Shown one piece after another: positions 29,133-38,516 of a DNA stretch of 64,000 nt. The stretch's first letter is position 1; every line of letters starts with the position of its first letter. The DNA lies in NCBI GenBank assembly GCA_965228855.1, contig CBDDIJ010000005.1:224001-288000 (forward strand), in the 5' to 3' direction. The notes beneath the pieces were generated by a model. That model was given only the letters and a program-made list of their open reading frames with translations. It had not been told where the DNA came from and ran no database searches. The position numbers and the translations under genes were made by a program. The DNA is from Candidatus Obscuribacterales bacterium. Its GTDB lineage: Bacteria > Cyanobacteriota > Vampirovibrionia > Obscuribacterales > Obscuribacteraceae.

Positions 29133-31082
29133 TTATGGAACAAAGTCAGGCTCATCAGGCGCGACATGAGTCGAATGGTCAGCAGAATGGGATTTGCTGC
29201 TCGAAACCTGCGGCTTCTTGCTGGTCGACTTGGTCGACTTCGACGAAGAAGCTACCTTTTCCTTCTCTGGCTGCTTTTCCTTAGGCTTCGCCGGTGGTGG
29301 CGCTTGCCGTTTCGTCGCGACCTTTTCAGGCTCACGCTTCGAAGCGGTCTTCTCCGACTTCTCGCTGGACTTGGATGAGCTACTCCGCTTCACATAGCTA
29401 CCGTAAACCCAACCCTCACGACCATTTGCAGAAATCTTGACCCAGCCATTTTGCTCGCCTAAAACGCGAACAGACTCGCCGCGACCGATGTCAAAAATAG
29501 ATTTGTTGCCGCGCGCAGGACCGGTGCGCATGGTGACGCGGGAAGTGGTCTCGCCTCGGCTTCCGCCACTGGACTTCGGTTCAGACTCTTTCTTCTTAGC
29601 CAATTCGCGCTGTTTCTTCTCTTCGCGCTCTTTCTCTCTGGCTAGCTCGCGCTTCTTCTCTTCACGAGCTTCACGCTCCTCTCGTTCTTTAACCTTAGCC
29701 AGTTCACGTTTCTTCTCGCGCTCCCTGTCCTTCGCCGCTTCACGCTCAGCCTCGCGCTCCTTTTTGCGCTTATCTTCACGCGATTCGGTAGGAGGTGAAA
29801 CCACTGCGACCTTATCAGGCTGTTTATCAACAACCTTTGCTTCCGGAGCCTCTTGAGCAACAGAAGTCATAACGGAAGTGGTGGCACTGGCGGTGCTAGC
29901 CCCATCGCCGACAGGTTCAGTAGCTACAGACTCCGGCGCACTTGTCTCTTTCAGACCAGTTACAGACCAACGACCAGCCTTGACTAAACCCACCTCGAAA
30001 GCCCGTGCAGGTGAACTAAGCAAATAGGAATTGCCGCTGTCACCAGTACTTCGACGCGACCGCCTTTTACGCCCGGACGAATCTTTCGAGATCTTCGCGA
30101 TTTTAAAATTGCCTGGTGCAACAACCGGCTTGTCAGCCATACCCTTGATGGTCTCTCGAACTTCCGGTGCGAGCTGTTGGCGGTACGATTCGATTGCAGT
30201 CGGATCGACTAGACTCGATGCCACTGCATACAGTGCCCCGACCTCATTGGTTCCCATCGAGGAGCTCGCCTCGTATTTACCGTTCTTCCAGGTCAAATTG
30301 GTCATGAACGGTTCGTCTTTAAAATTCACGCTGGGGTCAAACAGCTTCTGCTCTTTCGCGGAAGACACGATTCCCCGCTCCACTTTTATGTTGTTGCTCG
30401 TTCCGATGAAAGCTGCCGATCCAGGTCCTTGAATAGGCGGCACGATTTTATCGCTGCGGTCAGCGACTTCTCCGGACGGCAATAGCGCCAGCGCACTGAC
30501 CTGCGCTTCCTTAGGTCTGTCGCCTGTCGTGTGGCCGATCAAAACTAAACACGGATCCGGTGTGGTTGAGACCAATCTCGCTTCATCAAACACCTGCAGC
30601 CCTTTCACGCGTGAAACCTTCACGCCCGATTTCGCCGGCACGACCAGGTAATCGGAGGGTTGCATCACACAGGTGAGCTCAATGAGTTTAATTTGATTGG
30701 GCAAGTCAAAAACTAGAACTTCGAAAGCGCTTGAAGGAACCTCAGTTTGCAGTTTCGTCAGCAAGTCCGCGGATGACAGCGAACCATGTTGTTCCAAATA
30801 TTTTATAACCGCATTATCAAGCTCAGAGCGCATTATTTGTGCGTCTTCAGGCGACTTTGGTCCTGCTGCCATTCGCTCGGCAATCGGCTTGAGCTTCGGC
30901 GCCGGAGCACCGCTAAACATCGACCCCACGGCGGACGCCAGTCCAAGGCATAATCCAACTGCCGCAATGCCCGCGACAACCTTGATCACTACCGGCGAAG
31001 TTTTCTTTTTAAACTTGCTACCGCAAAACTTACAATTTTTAGCCGCTACAGAATTTCTCTGAGTGCAGGCGGGACAACGCAT
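29133..31082 (-). CDS. Zinc-ribbon, single-TM protein with charged coiled coil and bacterial SH3 domain
   Basis: MRCPAC...CKFCG (ATG 31082 after AGAGG), TM segment, E/K/R-rich stretch, VTMRTGP...GWVKI...EGWVYGSYV. Confidence 0.8.
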   Translation of the reverse strand: MRCPACTQRNSVAAKNCKFCGSKFKKKTSPVVIKVVAGIAAVGLCLGLASAVGSMFSGAPAPKLKPIAERMAAGPKSPEDAQIMRSELDNAVIKYLEQHGSLSSADLLTKLQTEVPSSAFEVLVFDLPNQIKLIELTCVMQPSDYLVVPAKSGVKVSRVKGLQVFDEARLVSTTPDPCLVLIGHTTGDRPKEAQVSALALLPSGEVADRSDKIVPPIQGPGSAAFIGTSNNIKVERGIVSSAKEQKLFDPSVNFKDEPFMTNLTWKNGKYEASSSMGTNEVGALYAVASSLVDPTAIESYRQQLAPEVRETIKGMADKPVVAPGNFKIAKISKDSSGRKRRSRRSTGDSGNSYLLSSPARAFEVGLVKAGRWSVTGLKETSAPESVATEPVGDGASTASATTSVMTSVAQEAPEAKVVDKQPDKVAVVSPPTESREDKRKKEREAEREAAKDREREKKRELAKVKEREEREAREEKKRELAREKEREEKKQRELAKKKESEPKSSGGSRGETTSRVTMRTGPARGNKSIFDIGRGESVRVLGEQNGWVKISANGREGWVYGSYVKRSSSSKSSEKSEKTASKREPEKVATKRQAPPPAKPKEKQPEKEKVASSSKSTKSTSKKPQVSSSKSHSADHSTHVAPDEPDFVP

Positions 31083-31143
31083 GTCAACCTCTTTATGGTG
31101 ATTCCGTCCAGTCACAGTCGTACATGGACTGGCACTTCGTCAG

Positions 31144-31203
31144 GCGAATCTGTTTTACTGTCTAGCGAATCTGATTTACTGCCTCAGCGAATCTGATTTA
31201 CTT
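31144..31203 (+). repeat. Three direct repeats GCGAATCTG(A/T)TTTACT at 21-22 bp spacing
   Basis: Copies start at 31144, 31165 and 31187 in a divergent intergenic region. Confidence 0.85.
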
Positions 31204-31439
31204 TCTAAGTGACGTGAGCTCTGCCATAAACCCCGTCCAACCTGGCGCAATTAGGTCGAAGGACCAAAGAAACGGTCTTTGCGGACCAATATCGGATTCT
31301 ACAACATACTTGACAAATCAAGTAGGCGAAAAACCCTAACAGTACAGACCACGTCAGCGGGAAACCCCAAAACATATATATCAATGACATCTCTAAAGGT
31401 TTGTTCACCTTTCGTTAGAAAAATTACGAGGACACCGGA

Positions 31440-32150
31440 TTGGACATTACGGACATTCATGAAGCCTTGCGAAACGACCTCGTCGAAGTCGCGAAACTTT
31501 GCTACGAACGCCGCTATATCTGCGGCACAGAGGGCAATTTCAGCATTCGCCTTGATGAAGACCTCATACTGACAACACCTGCGTCGACCTGCAAAGGTCG
31601 TTTGAAGGCTGATGAGCTCGTTCTAACGAATCTTGAAGGGAAACCGACCGAGCCGACTGTGCGCAAACCCTCCACAGAACTGGCAATGCACCTGACTGCT
31701 TACAAAAAGCGCCCTGACGTCCGCGCTATTGTACACGCGCATCCGACCGTCGCCGTGGGCTTCACGGTTGCAGGTCAAAGCCTGGCAAAATGCGTTCTTC
31801 CTGAAGTCGTCTGCACGCTTGGTGCAATTCCGGTGGCACCATATGCAACACCAAGTACGGACGAAGTATCAAAAAGTATCGAAGACCTGGTCACCACATA
31901 TGATGCCCTGGTCATGGATCACCACGGTGCACTCGCGCTCGGAAAAGATATTTGGGACGCGTATTATAAACTTGAAACGCTGGAGCATCACGCGGAAACC
32001 ATGATGGTAGCCCATCTTCTGGGAGGCGTAAAGCCGCTCCAAAAATCGCAAGTGGAAAAACTCATGGATATCGTCGGCGTTTATGGACTAAAAAAACCGG
32101 CTTGTGCGCCTGAACTTTTAAAACCGGAAGCATGCGCGAAAGACGCGTAG
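31440..32150 (+). CDS. Class II aldolase/adducin family protein
   Basis: GTEGNFS, PSTELAMH, AIVHAHP, MDHHGAL. Confidence 0.92.
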   Translation: MDITDIHEALRNDLVEVAKLCYERRYICGTEGNFSIRLDEDLILTTPASTCKGRLKADELVLTNLEGKPTEPTVRKPSTELAMHLTAYKKRPDVRAIVHAHPTVAVGFTVAGQSLAKCVLPEVVCTLGAIPVAPYATPSTDEVSKSIEDLVTTYDALVMDHHGALALGKDIWDAYYKLETLEHHAETMMVAHLLGGVKPLQKSQVEKLMDIVGVYGLKKPACAPELLKPEACAKDA

Positions 32151-32194
32151 AGAGAATTCAAAGTTAGTACTGCTATTCAATCGGAGACAATTAC

Positions 32195-32857
32195 GTGAGC
32201 GAACCGCTTCATCCAATAGAGACCGTCACAACCGTATACCTGGTCAGGCATGGGCATACTGAGGAAACTGAAAAGGGGCGACTTTATAACGATCCTGCGG
32301 TCGAAATAACAGCTCGCGGGAGAGAGCAAGCGCGCGCTGTCGGAATCTGGCTCAAGAAGCAAGCGCCCGATGTTCTCACCTGCAGCACCGCGCAGCGAGT
32401 TCGCTCGACAGCGGAGATTATCGAAACTGAAATCGGACTGAAGGCCTTGCCCTTAGATGGTTTCAACGAATGGAGCGTTGGGGAGTGGGAAGGTCGCACA
32501 TATGTCGACTTGAAAGAAAACGAGCCGGATGCTTACAAACACTGGAGTTCCAATCCTATAGAACATGCACCGCCGGGCGGAGAGTCAATAACGGACCTGT
32601 ACAACCGCATCGCCGGACGTTTAAAGGACGTCATTCGAGACCACGAAGGAAAAACGATAGCTCTTGTCACGCATGCCGGAGTTATTCGGAGCATCCTGGT
32701 TGAGGCGCTGGGCATGCCGTTGATAAACTTCTGGAGACTGTCAATTCCGACCGGATGCGTTTCAAAAATCGACTTCAGCGAAAACTTCGCAACCGTCCAC
32801 TTCACAGCTTTGAGCCCCGAAAAAAATAGTCCCCAAAGTTTCAAGAAAGTTGGTTAG
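32195..32857 (+). CDS. Histidine phosphatase family protein (CobC/GpmB-like)
   Basis: LVRHGHT, EWSVGEWEG, PPGGES, VTHAGVIR. Confidence 0.92.
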   Translation: MSEPLHPIETVTTVYLVRHGHTEETEKGRLYNDPAVEITARGREQARAVGIWLKKQAPDVLTCSTAQRVRSTAEIIETEIGLKALPLDGFNEWSVGEWEGRTYVDLKENEPDAYKHWSSNPIEHAPPGGESITDLYNRIAGRLKDVIRDHEGKTIALVTHAGVIRSILVEALGMPLINFWRLSIPTGCVSKIDFSENFATVHFTALSPEKNSPQSFKKVG

Positions 32858-32893
32858 AATAACCGGAGAGCTAATGCAACCCGGGGAATTTGC

Positions 32894-35317
32894 GTGGATC
32901 TCAAAAATGGTTCGGTGATCGAGAACAAATTTGAGATTCTGGAACGCATCGGCGCCGGAGGCATGGGAACGGTTTATAAAGCCAAGGACCTGACCCTCCT
33001 TCGCACCTTTGTGCTCAAAATTCTATCGCCATCTTACAATTCGTCGAAAGCTTTCGTTCGTTTCCAGAATGAAGCGAAAGTCCTAGGGAAATTGCAACAC
33101 CCGGGAATCGCAGACATTTATGACGTTGGAGTCACATCAGAGGGTCTAGCCTACCTCGCCTTAGAATTTGTCGATGGAATCACACTCGATTCATTTATCG
33201 AAAGCGGTGAGCAGATTCCCCTCTCTCAAATCATTCAAATTTTCATCGAAATAGCCGACGCTCTTTCACATGCACACAGTGTCGGCATAATTCATCGTGA
33301 TATCAAACCTGCAAATATTATGATAGTGAAGACGGACGACGGTTTCTTCGCGCCAATTTTGCTCGACTTCGGCATCGCGAAATTTGATACCGCAGATGAT
33401 GCGGAGCAGCGGCTGACTGAAGTGGGCGCCATGCTCGGAAGCCCCTTGTATATGAGCCCGGAGCAGTGCAAAGGAGAAACAGTAACGGCCGCCTCCGACC
33501 AATACTCACTTGGATGCGTCCTTTTCGAATGGTTATCGGGAGAGCCGCCATTTCGTGGCGATACCGCATATGACACCGCTCTGCTTCACATCTCACAGGA
33601 CTGTCCTGATCCCGTAAGCGTGAGCACGATTCCAATTACGGCGGAACTTGGCGGCGTAATTCAAAAAATGCTTGCAAAAAACCCATCTGAGCGCTTCAAG
33701 GATGTCGACGAGCTCGTCAAATCACTGATTGAAATAAGAGAACTCGCGCTGGAGCAAGAAAACTCAGTATCGGCCCAGGACTCAGATCGGGAAACGGTTA
33801 TAGTCCAAAACATAAGAAAAAAGTCTATCTCACCGAAATGGTTGTTCCTCTGTTTAGGCTTGACCGTCTTGGGCGGGGTCGCGAGTTTCGAGACTATGAG
33901 ACGATGGCTAGTTCCAGAGAGAAGTAGCGTAGCAAGCTCATCCGATAGCGTCGAAAACCTTGAAGATATCGTCTTGCCCGAAGACACCCAAATTACACTC
34001 AAGTACTCGTTGATGAGTCCAAACATTTTGAATCAACTCTCGAAGAGAAACAATCTCACTAAAGTCGATCTCACTGATAGCGCCACTACGGATGACATGC
34101 TCAAAGTGCTGGCACCATCCAAGGATACGCTCCACGAGCTCATTTTGCGTGGAACAAGCGTAAAGTCACTATCCAACCTTCCTGTCCTGAAAAACATTCA
34201 ATGGTTGATTCTTTCGAATACAGAAGTGGACGATAAGGCTCTTTCCAATACAGTTCCACTTGAGAGACTCAACATTCTCGAAGTCGAGTCCTGCCCTAAG
34301 CTCACAAAGGCAGCTGTTAAGACGTTCGAAAAATACCCATTGGTCCGGTTAATCCTAGTAAAAGGTACGGACATTCAGAAAGAAGACATCGTAAAACTTC
34401 AAGAGCGGATGCCGAGGACGGTTTTCGCCCCTTTTCTCCGAAAGGCACCGGTCGAAGAAATGCGAAATAATGCCGTCGCTCAGTTTAAACAAGGAAATTT
34501 CGCAGAGTCTTTGATAATTTACGACAAGGCAATTGAGGCTCTCTGCAAAGCTCGAGGTAAAAACTGCGCTCAAGCTACCGATCTTCTGCTGGAGGCCGCG
34601 TCGGCAGCAGGGGCACTAAAACGCCCATCTCTGGCTAAAGCTTATATAGACAGGGCAGAGACATGTGCAAAAGAATTTCGCGCGCCCTGGCTTCAAATCA
34701 CGGTCTTAGGCGCAAAGATCACTTTCACTGCATCATTCGAACCTGATATAGCAAAACAGCTTGAGCTCCTTAAAGAACAACGGAAACTAATCGAGGAAGT
34801 TGGCCAGGAAAACAGTCAGCTTGGACGAGATAATATGTTTAGCATCGGAATGGTATTGAGCCAGCTAAAGAAGTTTGATGACGCCGGAAACATGCTGAAG
34901 AAATGCATGGAATTCGATCTTGCCGCATCAAAGAACCAAAGCACCCTTGAAAGTCTACGGAGTGCTGCATACCAAAATTACGGAAACGATTTAAACGGAC
35001 TTGGACGAATCGCAGTCGCAACTGGAGAATACGCAAAGGCCGAGCGTTATATAAGACGGGCATTGAAAATAGCCTCCAAAAACAAGAAGCCAAAGGTGTT
35101 TGCGCCACTATACAGTGACCTACATTCGGCCCTGGCAGGAGCGATTAACGCACAAGGTAGACATCGGGAAGCGCTCAAATACATGGAGGACGCGGTGGCT
35201 ATTTCCCGAGCAAACGGGCTAGTCGCACAAACAAAGCTGTATGAACACGCGCTGGAAGAAATCCGGAAACAGGTAGAGCATCTTCAAAACAAGGATGCAA
35301 CGAAAGAGGCTCGCTGA
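32894..35317 (+). CDS. Hanks-type Ser/Thr kinase with TM helix, LRRs and TPRs
   Basis: IGAGGMGTVY, HRDIKPANI, DFGIAK, GSPLYMSPEQ. TM near aa 315, LxxLxLxxT LRRs, C-terminal TPR helices. Confidence 0.93.
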   Translation: MDLKNGSVIENKFEILERIGAGGMGTVYKAKDLTLLRTFVLKILSPSYNSSKAFVRFQNEAKVLGKLQHPGIADIYDVGVTSEGLAYLALEFVDGITLDSFIESGEQIPLSQIIQIFIEIADALSHAHSVGIIHRDIKPANIMIVKTDDGFFAPILLDFGIAKFDTADDAEQRLTEVGAMLGSPLYMSPEQCKGETVTAASDQYSLGCVLFEWLSGEPPFRGDTAYDTALLHISQDCPDPVSVSTIPITAELGGVIQKMLAKNPSERFKDVDELVKSLIEIRELALEQENSVSAQDSDRETVIVQNIRKKSISPKWLFLCLGLTVLGGVASFETMRRWLVPERSSVASSSDSVENLEDIVLPEDTQITLKYSLMSPNILNQLSKRNNLTKVDLTDSATTDDMLKVLAPSKDTLHELILRGTSVKSLSNLPVLKNIQWLILSNTEVDDKALSNTVPLERLNILEVESCPKLTKAAVKTFEKYPLVRLILVKGTDIQKEDIVKLQERMPRTVFAPFLRKAPVEEMRNNAVAQFKQGNFAESLIIYDKAIEALCKARGKNCAQATDLLLEAASAAGALKRPSLAKAYIDRAETCAKEFRAPWLQITVLGAKITFTASFEPDIAKQLELLKEQRKLIEEVGQENSQLGRDNMFSIGMVLSQLKKFDDAGNMLKKCMEFDLAASKNQSTLESLRSAAYQNYGNDLNGLGRIAVATGEYAKAERYIRRALKIASKNKKPKVFAPLYSDLHSALAGAINAQGRHREALKYMEDAVAISRANGLVAQTKLYEHALEEIRKQVEHLQNKDATKEAR

Positions 35318-35356
35318 AATGCGAGCCTCTTGATAGATAGCAAGTGAAGTTGGAGC

Positions 35357-35812
35357 TTATTTGACGTCTGCCTTTTCTTTTGCCATCTCTTGCATGCGCT
35401 TCTTCATTTCTTCGGGTGCGACATCCTCTACGTGAGTGCCGATCCACCACTGGTTCCCGGACGAATCGATGACTCCGCCAGAGCGGTCACCGTAGAACTG
35501 ATCCTCAGGTTCTCTTATGGACTTGCCACCAGCAGCGATGGCTTGTTTATAAACCTTGTCGCAATCTTCCACATAAAGATACAACATCGTTGGCATAGAC
35601 GGATTCTTGTCGCAGGCTTCGCTCAACATAATATGTGAATTGCCGATCAACAACTCTGCATGACGAATCTTGCCGTCGTGATTTTTCATGGTATCCGAGA
35701 CTTCCCTGGCATCGAACGCTTTTTTCAAAAATTCGATCACTTTGTCGGCACCATCGCACACCAGATACGGTGTCACGGTGTGGTAGCCTTCCGGTATGTG
35801 TTTTACCGCCAT
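35357..35812 (-). CDS. VOC/glyoxalase (PhnB-like) family protein
   Basis: MAVKHIPEGYHTVTPYL (ATG 35812 after GGAGG), HAELLIG, DQFYGDRSG..D..GNQWWI. Confidence 0.9.
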   Translation of the reverse strand: MAVKHIPEGYHTVTPYLVCDGADKVIEFLKKAFDAREVSDTMKNHDGKIRHAELLIGNSHIMLSEACDKNPSMPTMLYLYVEDCDKVYKQAIAAGGKSIREPEDQFYGDRSGGVIDSSGNQWWIGTHVEDVAPEEMKKRMQEMAKEKADVK

Positions 35813-35885
35813 TTGCTTTCCCTCCGATGAGTTCATAGGAGTTATAGCAATTGCGTGCTCGTTTCGCGCAAAAGGTAATGAAACT

Positions 35886-36863
35886 TTAGCCTTGCTTTTC
35901 ACCGACAGTAACGCTGACCGTCACTGGCTTGATCTTTCTTTTCACTTGCGCCATTTGGACTCCGACCAACACCAGTACAACGCCCAAACCCTGGAACAAA
36001 GTCAAAGGTTCGCGGAGGATCAGCGCGGCAGCAATAATTATTGCGGGCCGCTGCAAGATGTTTATGATCGAAATTCTGGTAGAGCCTAATATGGAAAGTG
36101 CAAATAAGAAAGCAACGTTGGCGCAAGCAGAAGCAAGGCCCATCCAGGCACCGATGTGCCAGGCGCCGTCAGGAATCTTCCCGGCAAACGGGTAAAGAAA
36201 GGCAGCTACAAAAGCGCCGTTGATAAAGAACATATAGGTCGATATTAGTGCAGGAGAAAAGCGTTTCGCAGCCGCCTCCATTGTGACTCTATATGTGGTG
36301 CTAGTGCAGACGGCGCAGAATATAAGACTGAATCCGACAAGGCTCATGGACAGAGTGGACCAGTCCAAACCAAGACAGACACCGGTAAAGCAGAGAACGA
36401 AACCCGCCCAGAACTTCGGCGTCAGTTCATCCCTTCCAATTATCTGGTTGATTATGGCGACGAACGCCGGCGTCGTCGTGATGATTGTAATGACGAGAAC
36501 AGCGGAGATATGCTTCAGCGCGAATATGCTCAGAGCGCTCGTCGAGAGAAGAAGCATAGCGAGAAACGAAATACGGGCGAGATTCTTGAAGCCAACCCAC
36601 CGATAGGTTCTCGTCAGCGGCAAAATCAACATTGAACCGATGATCGTTTTCACAATCAACAAATGCAATGGAAGCAAATTTTGTTCATAACCGAGTTTTA
36701 CGACAATGGGCTCGATTGACGCAGACAAAATCGCCACCACCACACACATGGACGAGACGAGTTTGGAAGTTTCGAGTTTCGATTTAGGTTTTTCTTCGGT
36801 GGATGAAACTGCGGTCGACGCCTCTGTTGAATTTTGCGGAGGAGACATCAACAGTTTACTCAT
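35886..36863 (-). CDS. DMT/EamA-family transporter
   Basis: About 10 hydrophobic segments in two repeats, ALILREPLT. Start overlaps the upstream stop by 8 bp. Confidence 0.88.
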   Translation of the reverse strand: MSKLLMSPPQNSTEASTAVSSTEEKPKSKLETSKLVSSMCVVVAILSASIEPIVVKLGYEQNLLPLHLLIVKTIIGSMLILPLTRTYRWVGFKNLARISFLAMLLLSTSALSIFALKHISAVLVITIITTTPAFVAIINQIIGRDELTPKFWAGFVLCFTGVCLGLDWSTLSMSLVGFSLIFCAVCTSTTYRVTMEAAAKRFSPALISTYMFFINGAFVAAFLYPFAGKIPDGAWHIGAWMGLASACANVAFLFALSILGSTRISIINILQRPAIIIAAALILREPLTLFQGLGVVLVLVGVQMAQVKRKIKPVTVSVTVGEKQG

Positions 36864-38054
36864 AAATAGTGCGCAAAATCTCCGCGTGACTCATGCCGTT
36901 CCATCCGAGTTTCGCGAGAGTTCTTCCCTCGTTCTTAAAATCACGTCCGAGTAGAACGCTCGATATGTTGACTACAGAATCTACAATCGGAGTATCGAGA
37001 TTTGCTTTCCGCGCCAGCGCTTGAATCGGCACGAGCGAACAGGAGACGTCTTCTTCGATGAATCTATGATCGAGAGTATTCGGAGCCTTGCTGAATTGAT
37101 AGTTTGGAACAGTTCGCATCGCCTGCAATAGATTGCCGGAGGTGTCACAACCATAGTAACGGTTGAGAAGCTCTTTCATAGGAATAATTTCGGTTTCGTA
37201 AGCATGTGCGATTGCTCGAAATTCCTGTTCGAGCTGCTCCATAATTACGAGCGTGCGTTCCGTAAATCCTTCGTAGTAAAAGAGGAAATCGTCACCACGA
37301 GCTACATTATGCATATTTGTGATCATCGTGAGAGCGTGCGCGAAGGCACCAAAGTCGGTGAGTCCTCTTTGCACCACATTTTCCGCTTCTTCCAAACCGG
37401 GGAAGAAACGTCGCATGACAGCTGCGTTGCGCTGGGTCTGAGACTTGTTGTATGACGTATACAGATTCCAGCTTTTAAATCCTCTTATCCAGATCGAACC
37501 GTCATCTTGCAGACGACTGGCAAAAAGCGAGTCGGTTCCATCAAGGCTGGGTAAGTATTTCGGTGACCCAATGCGGTTTTAAACTCACAAACGCCACCAA
37601 ATTTACTGGAGAACAAAATCACTTCGTGATGTTCGCGAAGATGAGGGGCTAAACGTCTGGCAATCTCGCTATAACAACCGGTCGTCGTCGCGACGAAAAT
37701 AGTGGCGCATTTGTCGAGCATGGCTGCAGGTTCTGCAGTAGCCTCGACGATGTTGAACTCACCCTCGATCTTTCCAGTGGATTTGATCGTTTTTCGCTCG
37801 GCAAGTTCCCGAACCTTATCCGGCGAGCGGACGAGAACGTGGGGATGGAAGCCGCGGCTGGATAGCAAACAGGCTAACGAATGAGCGGCGTTTCCAGCGC
37901 CGACTATAGCGACGTGCCCCGCCTGCGGAGCCACTACCGTCGCGGCCGGCGCAAACGGTGCGACCGCAGCCGGAAGCATGGTCACGGCTGGATACGCAGA
38001 AAAATCCCCTGCGAGGGGGCTGAAATTAAGTGAGTCCGAAAAGCTCGTGGACAT
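36856..38054 (-). pseudogene. NAD/NADP octopine/nopaline (opine) dehydrogenase, split by a 1-bp deletion near 37536
   Basis: GAGNAAH Rossmann motif in the 5' part; GAFAH, FYYEG, HRFIEEDV and GRTLAKLG in the 3' part. Adding one A (GAA ACC) gives a continuous ...METDSLFASRLQDDGSIWIRGFK...MRRFF. Confidence 0.85.
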
Positions 38055-38138
38055 TCTTATTTCCCAATCGCCTTGCCCAGTATATGCTTGCCGATTCCTT
38101 AAGGCAATCGAAAATTTGCGTTTCCGGTCACTTTTAAT

Positions 38139-38350
38139 CATTGCCACTATATGAGACAAGACTAAGAAACCTTCGAGCATTGCTACTATATGAGACAGGA
38201 CTTCGAATCCTTCGAAAGTCCTCTGCAGAGACACTTTCCAACATTTCCCTTCCAGAGTCACTAATTATTACTACTATATGAGACAGGACTTAGAATCCTT
38301 CAAAAGTGCTCTGCAGAGACACTTTCCAACATTTCCCTTCCAGAGTCACT
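38139..38350. repeat. Nested tandem repeats: two 80-bp units (38183-38262, 38271-38350) plus a partial third copy
   Basis: ACTATATGAGACA(A/G)GACT occurs 3 times. Each long unit carries an AAAGT(C/G)-CTCTGCAGAG-ACACTTT hairpin. Confidence 0.9.
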
Positions 38351-38425
38351 CCCTTTTGTCTATGGCTCGTTGACGAATTCTCGCAAATCCGGCAACGCAG
38401 GATAGCCAAAACGGGAGAGTGACTC
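38343..38425 (-). ncRNA. Candidate structured RNA: 83-nt rod-like hairpin capped by a GCGA (GNRA) tetraloop
   Basis: Nested stems GAGUCACU/AGUGACUC, CCC/GGG, UUUUG/CAAAA, CUAU/AUAG, CGUUG/CAACG, GGAUUU-GCGA-GAAUUC. The G-U pairs form only on the minus strand. Confidence 0.45.
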
Positions 38426-38516
38426 CTCACTTCCTAATTGCAAATGAATTCCGACTACGAAGTCTCAGCCGTTTTCCAATTTTGATACTTCCGCCGAAGT
38501 CCAGATATTCAAATTA

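Noticed and set aside
31144..31203. Mini-CRISPR or plasmid iterons
   Set aside because: Spacers are only 5-6 bp, and there is no rep gene or AT-rich unwinding region nearby.
37485..38261. N-terminal extension of the opine dehydrogenase to 38261
   Set aside because: The extension merely translates the tandem repeats (EGF.VLSHIVAM twice); ATG 38054 is the more plausible start.
38139..38350. CRISPR array
   Set aside because: The intervening sequences are duplicated rather than unique, the periods are unequal (39 and 88 bp), and there are no cas genes.
38343..38425. SRP RNA, 6S RNA, or glycine/cobalamin riboswitch
   Set aside because: Lacks the SRP CAGG...GGAAG...AGCAG loop and the conserved riboswitch cores; too short for 6S.
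38436..38458. Fur/Zur-like box (AATTGCAAATGAATTCCGACT)
   Set aside because: Only a half-site resemblance with poor dyad symmetry; cannot be supported without a lineage-specific matrix.
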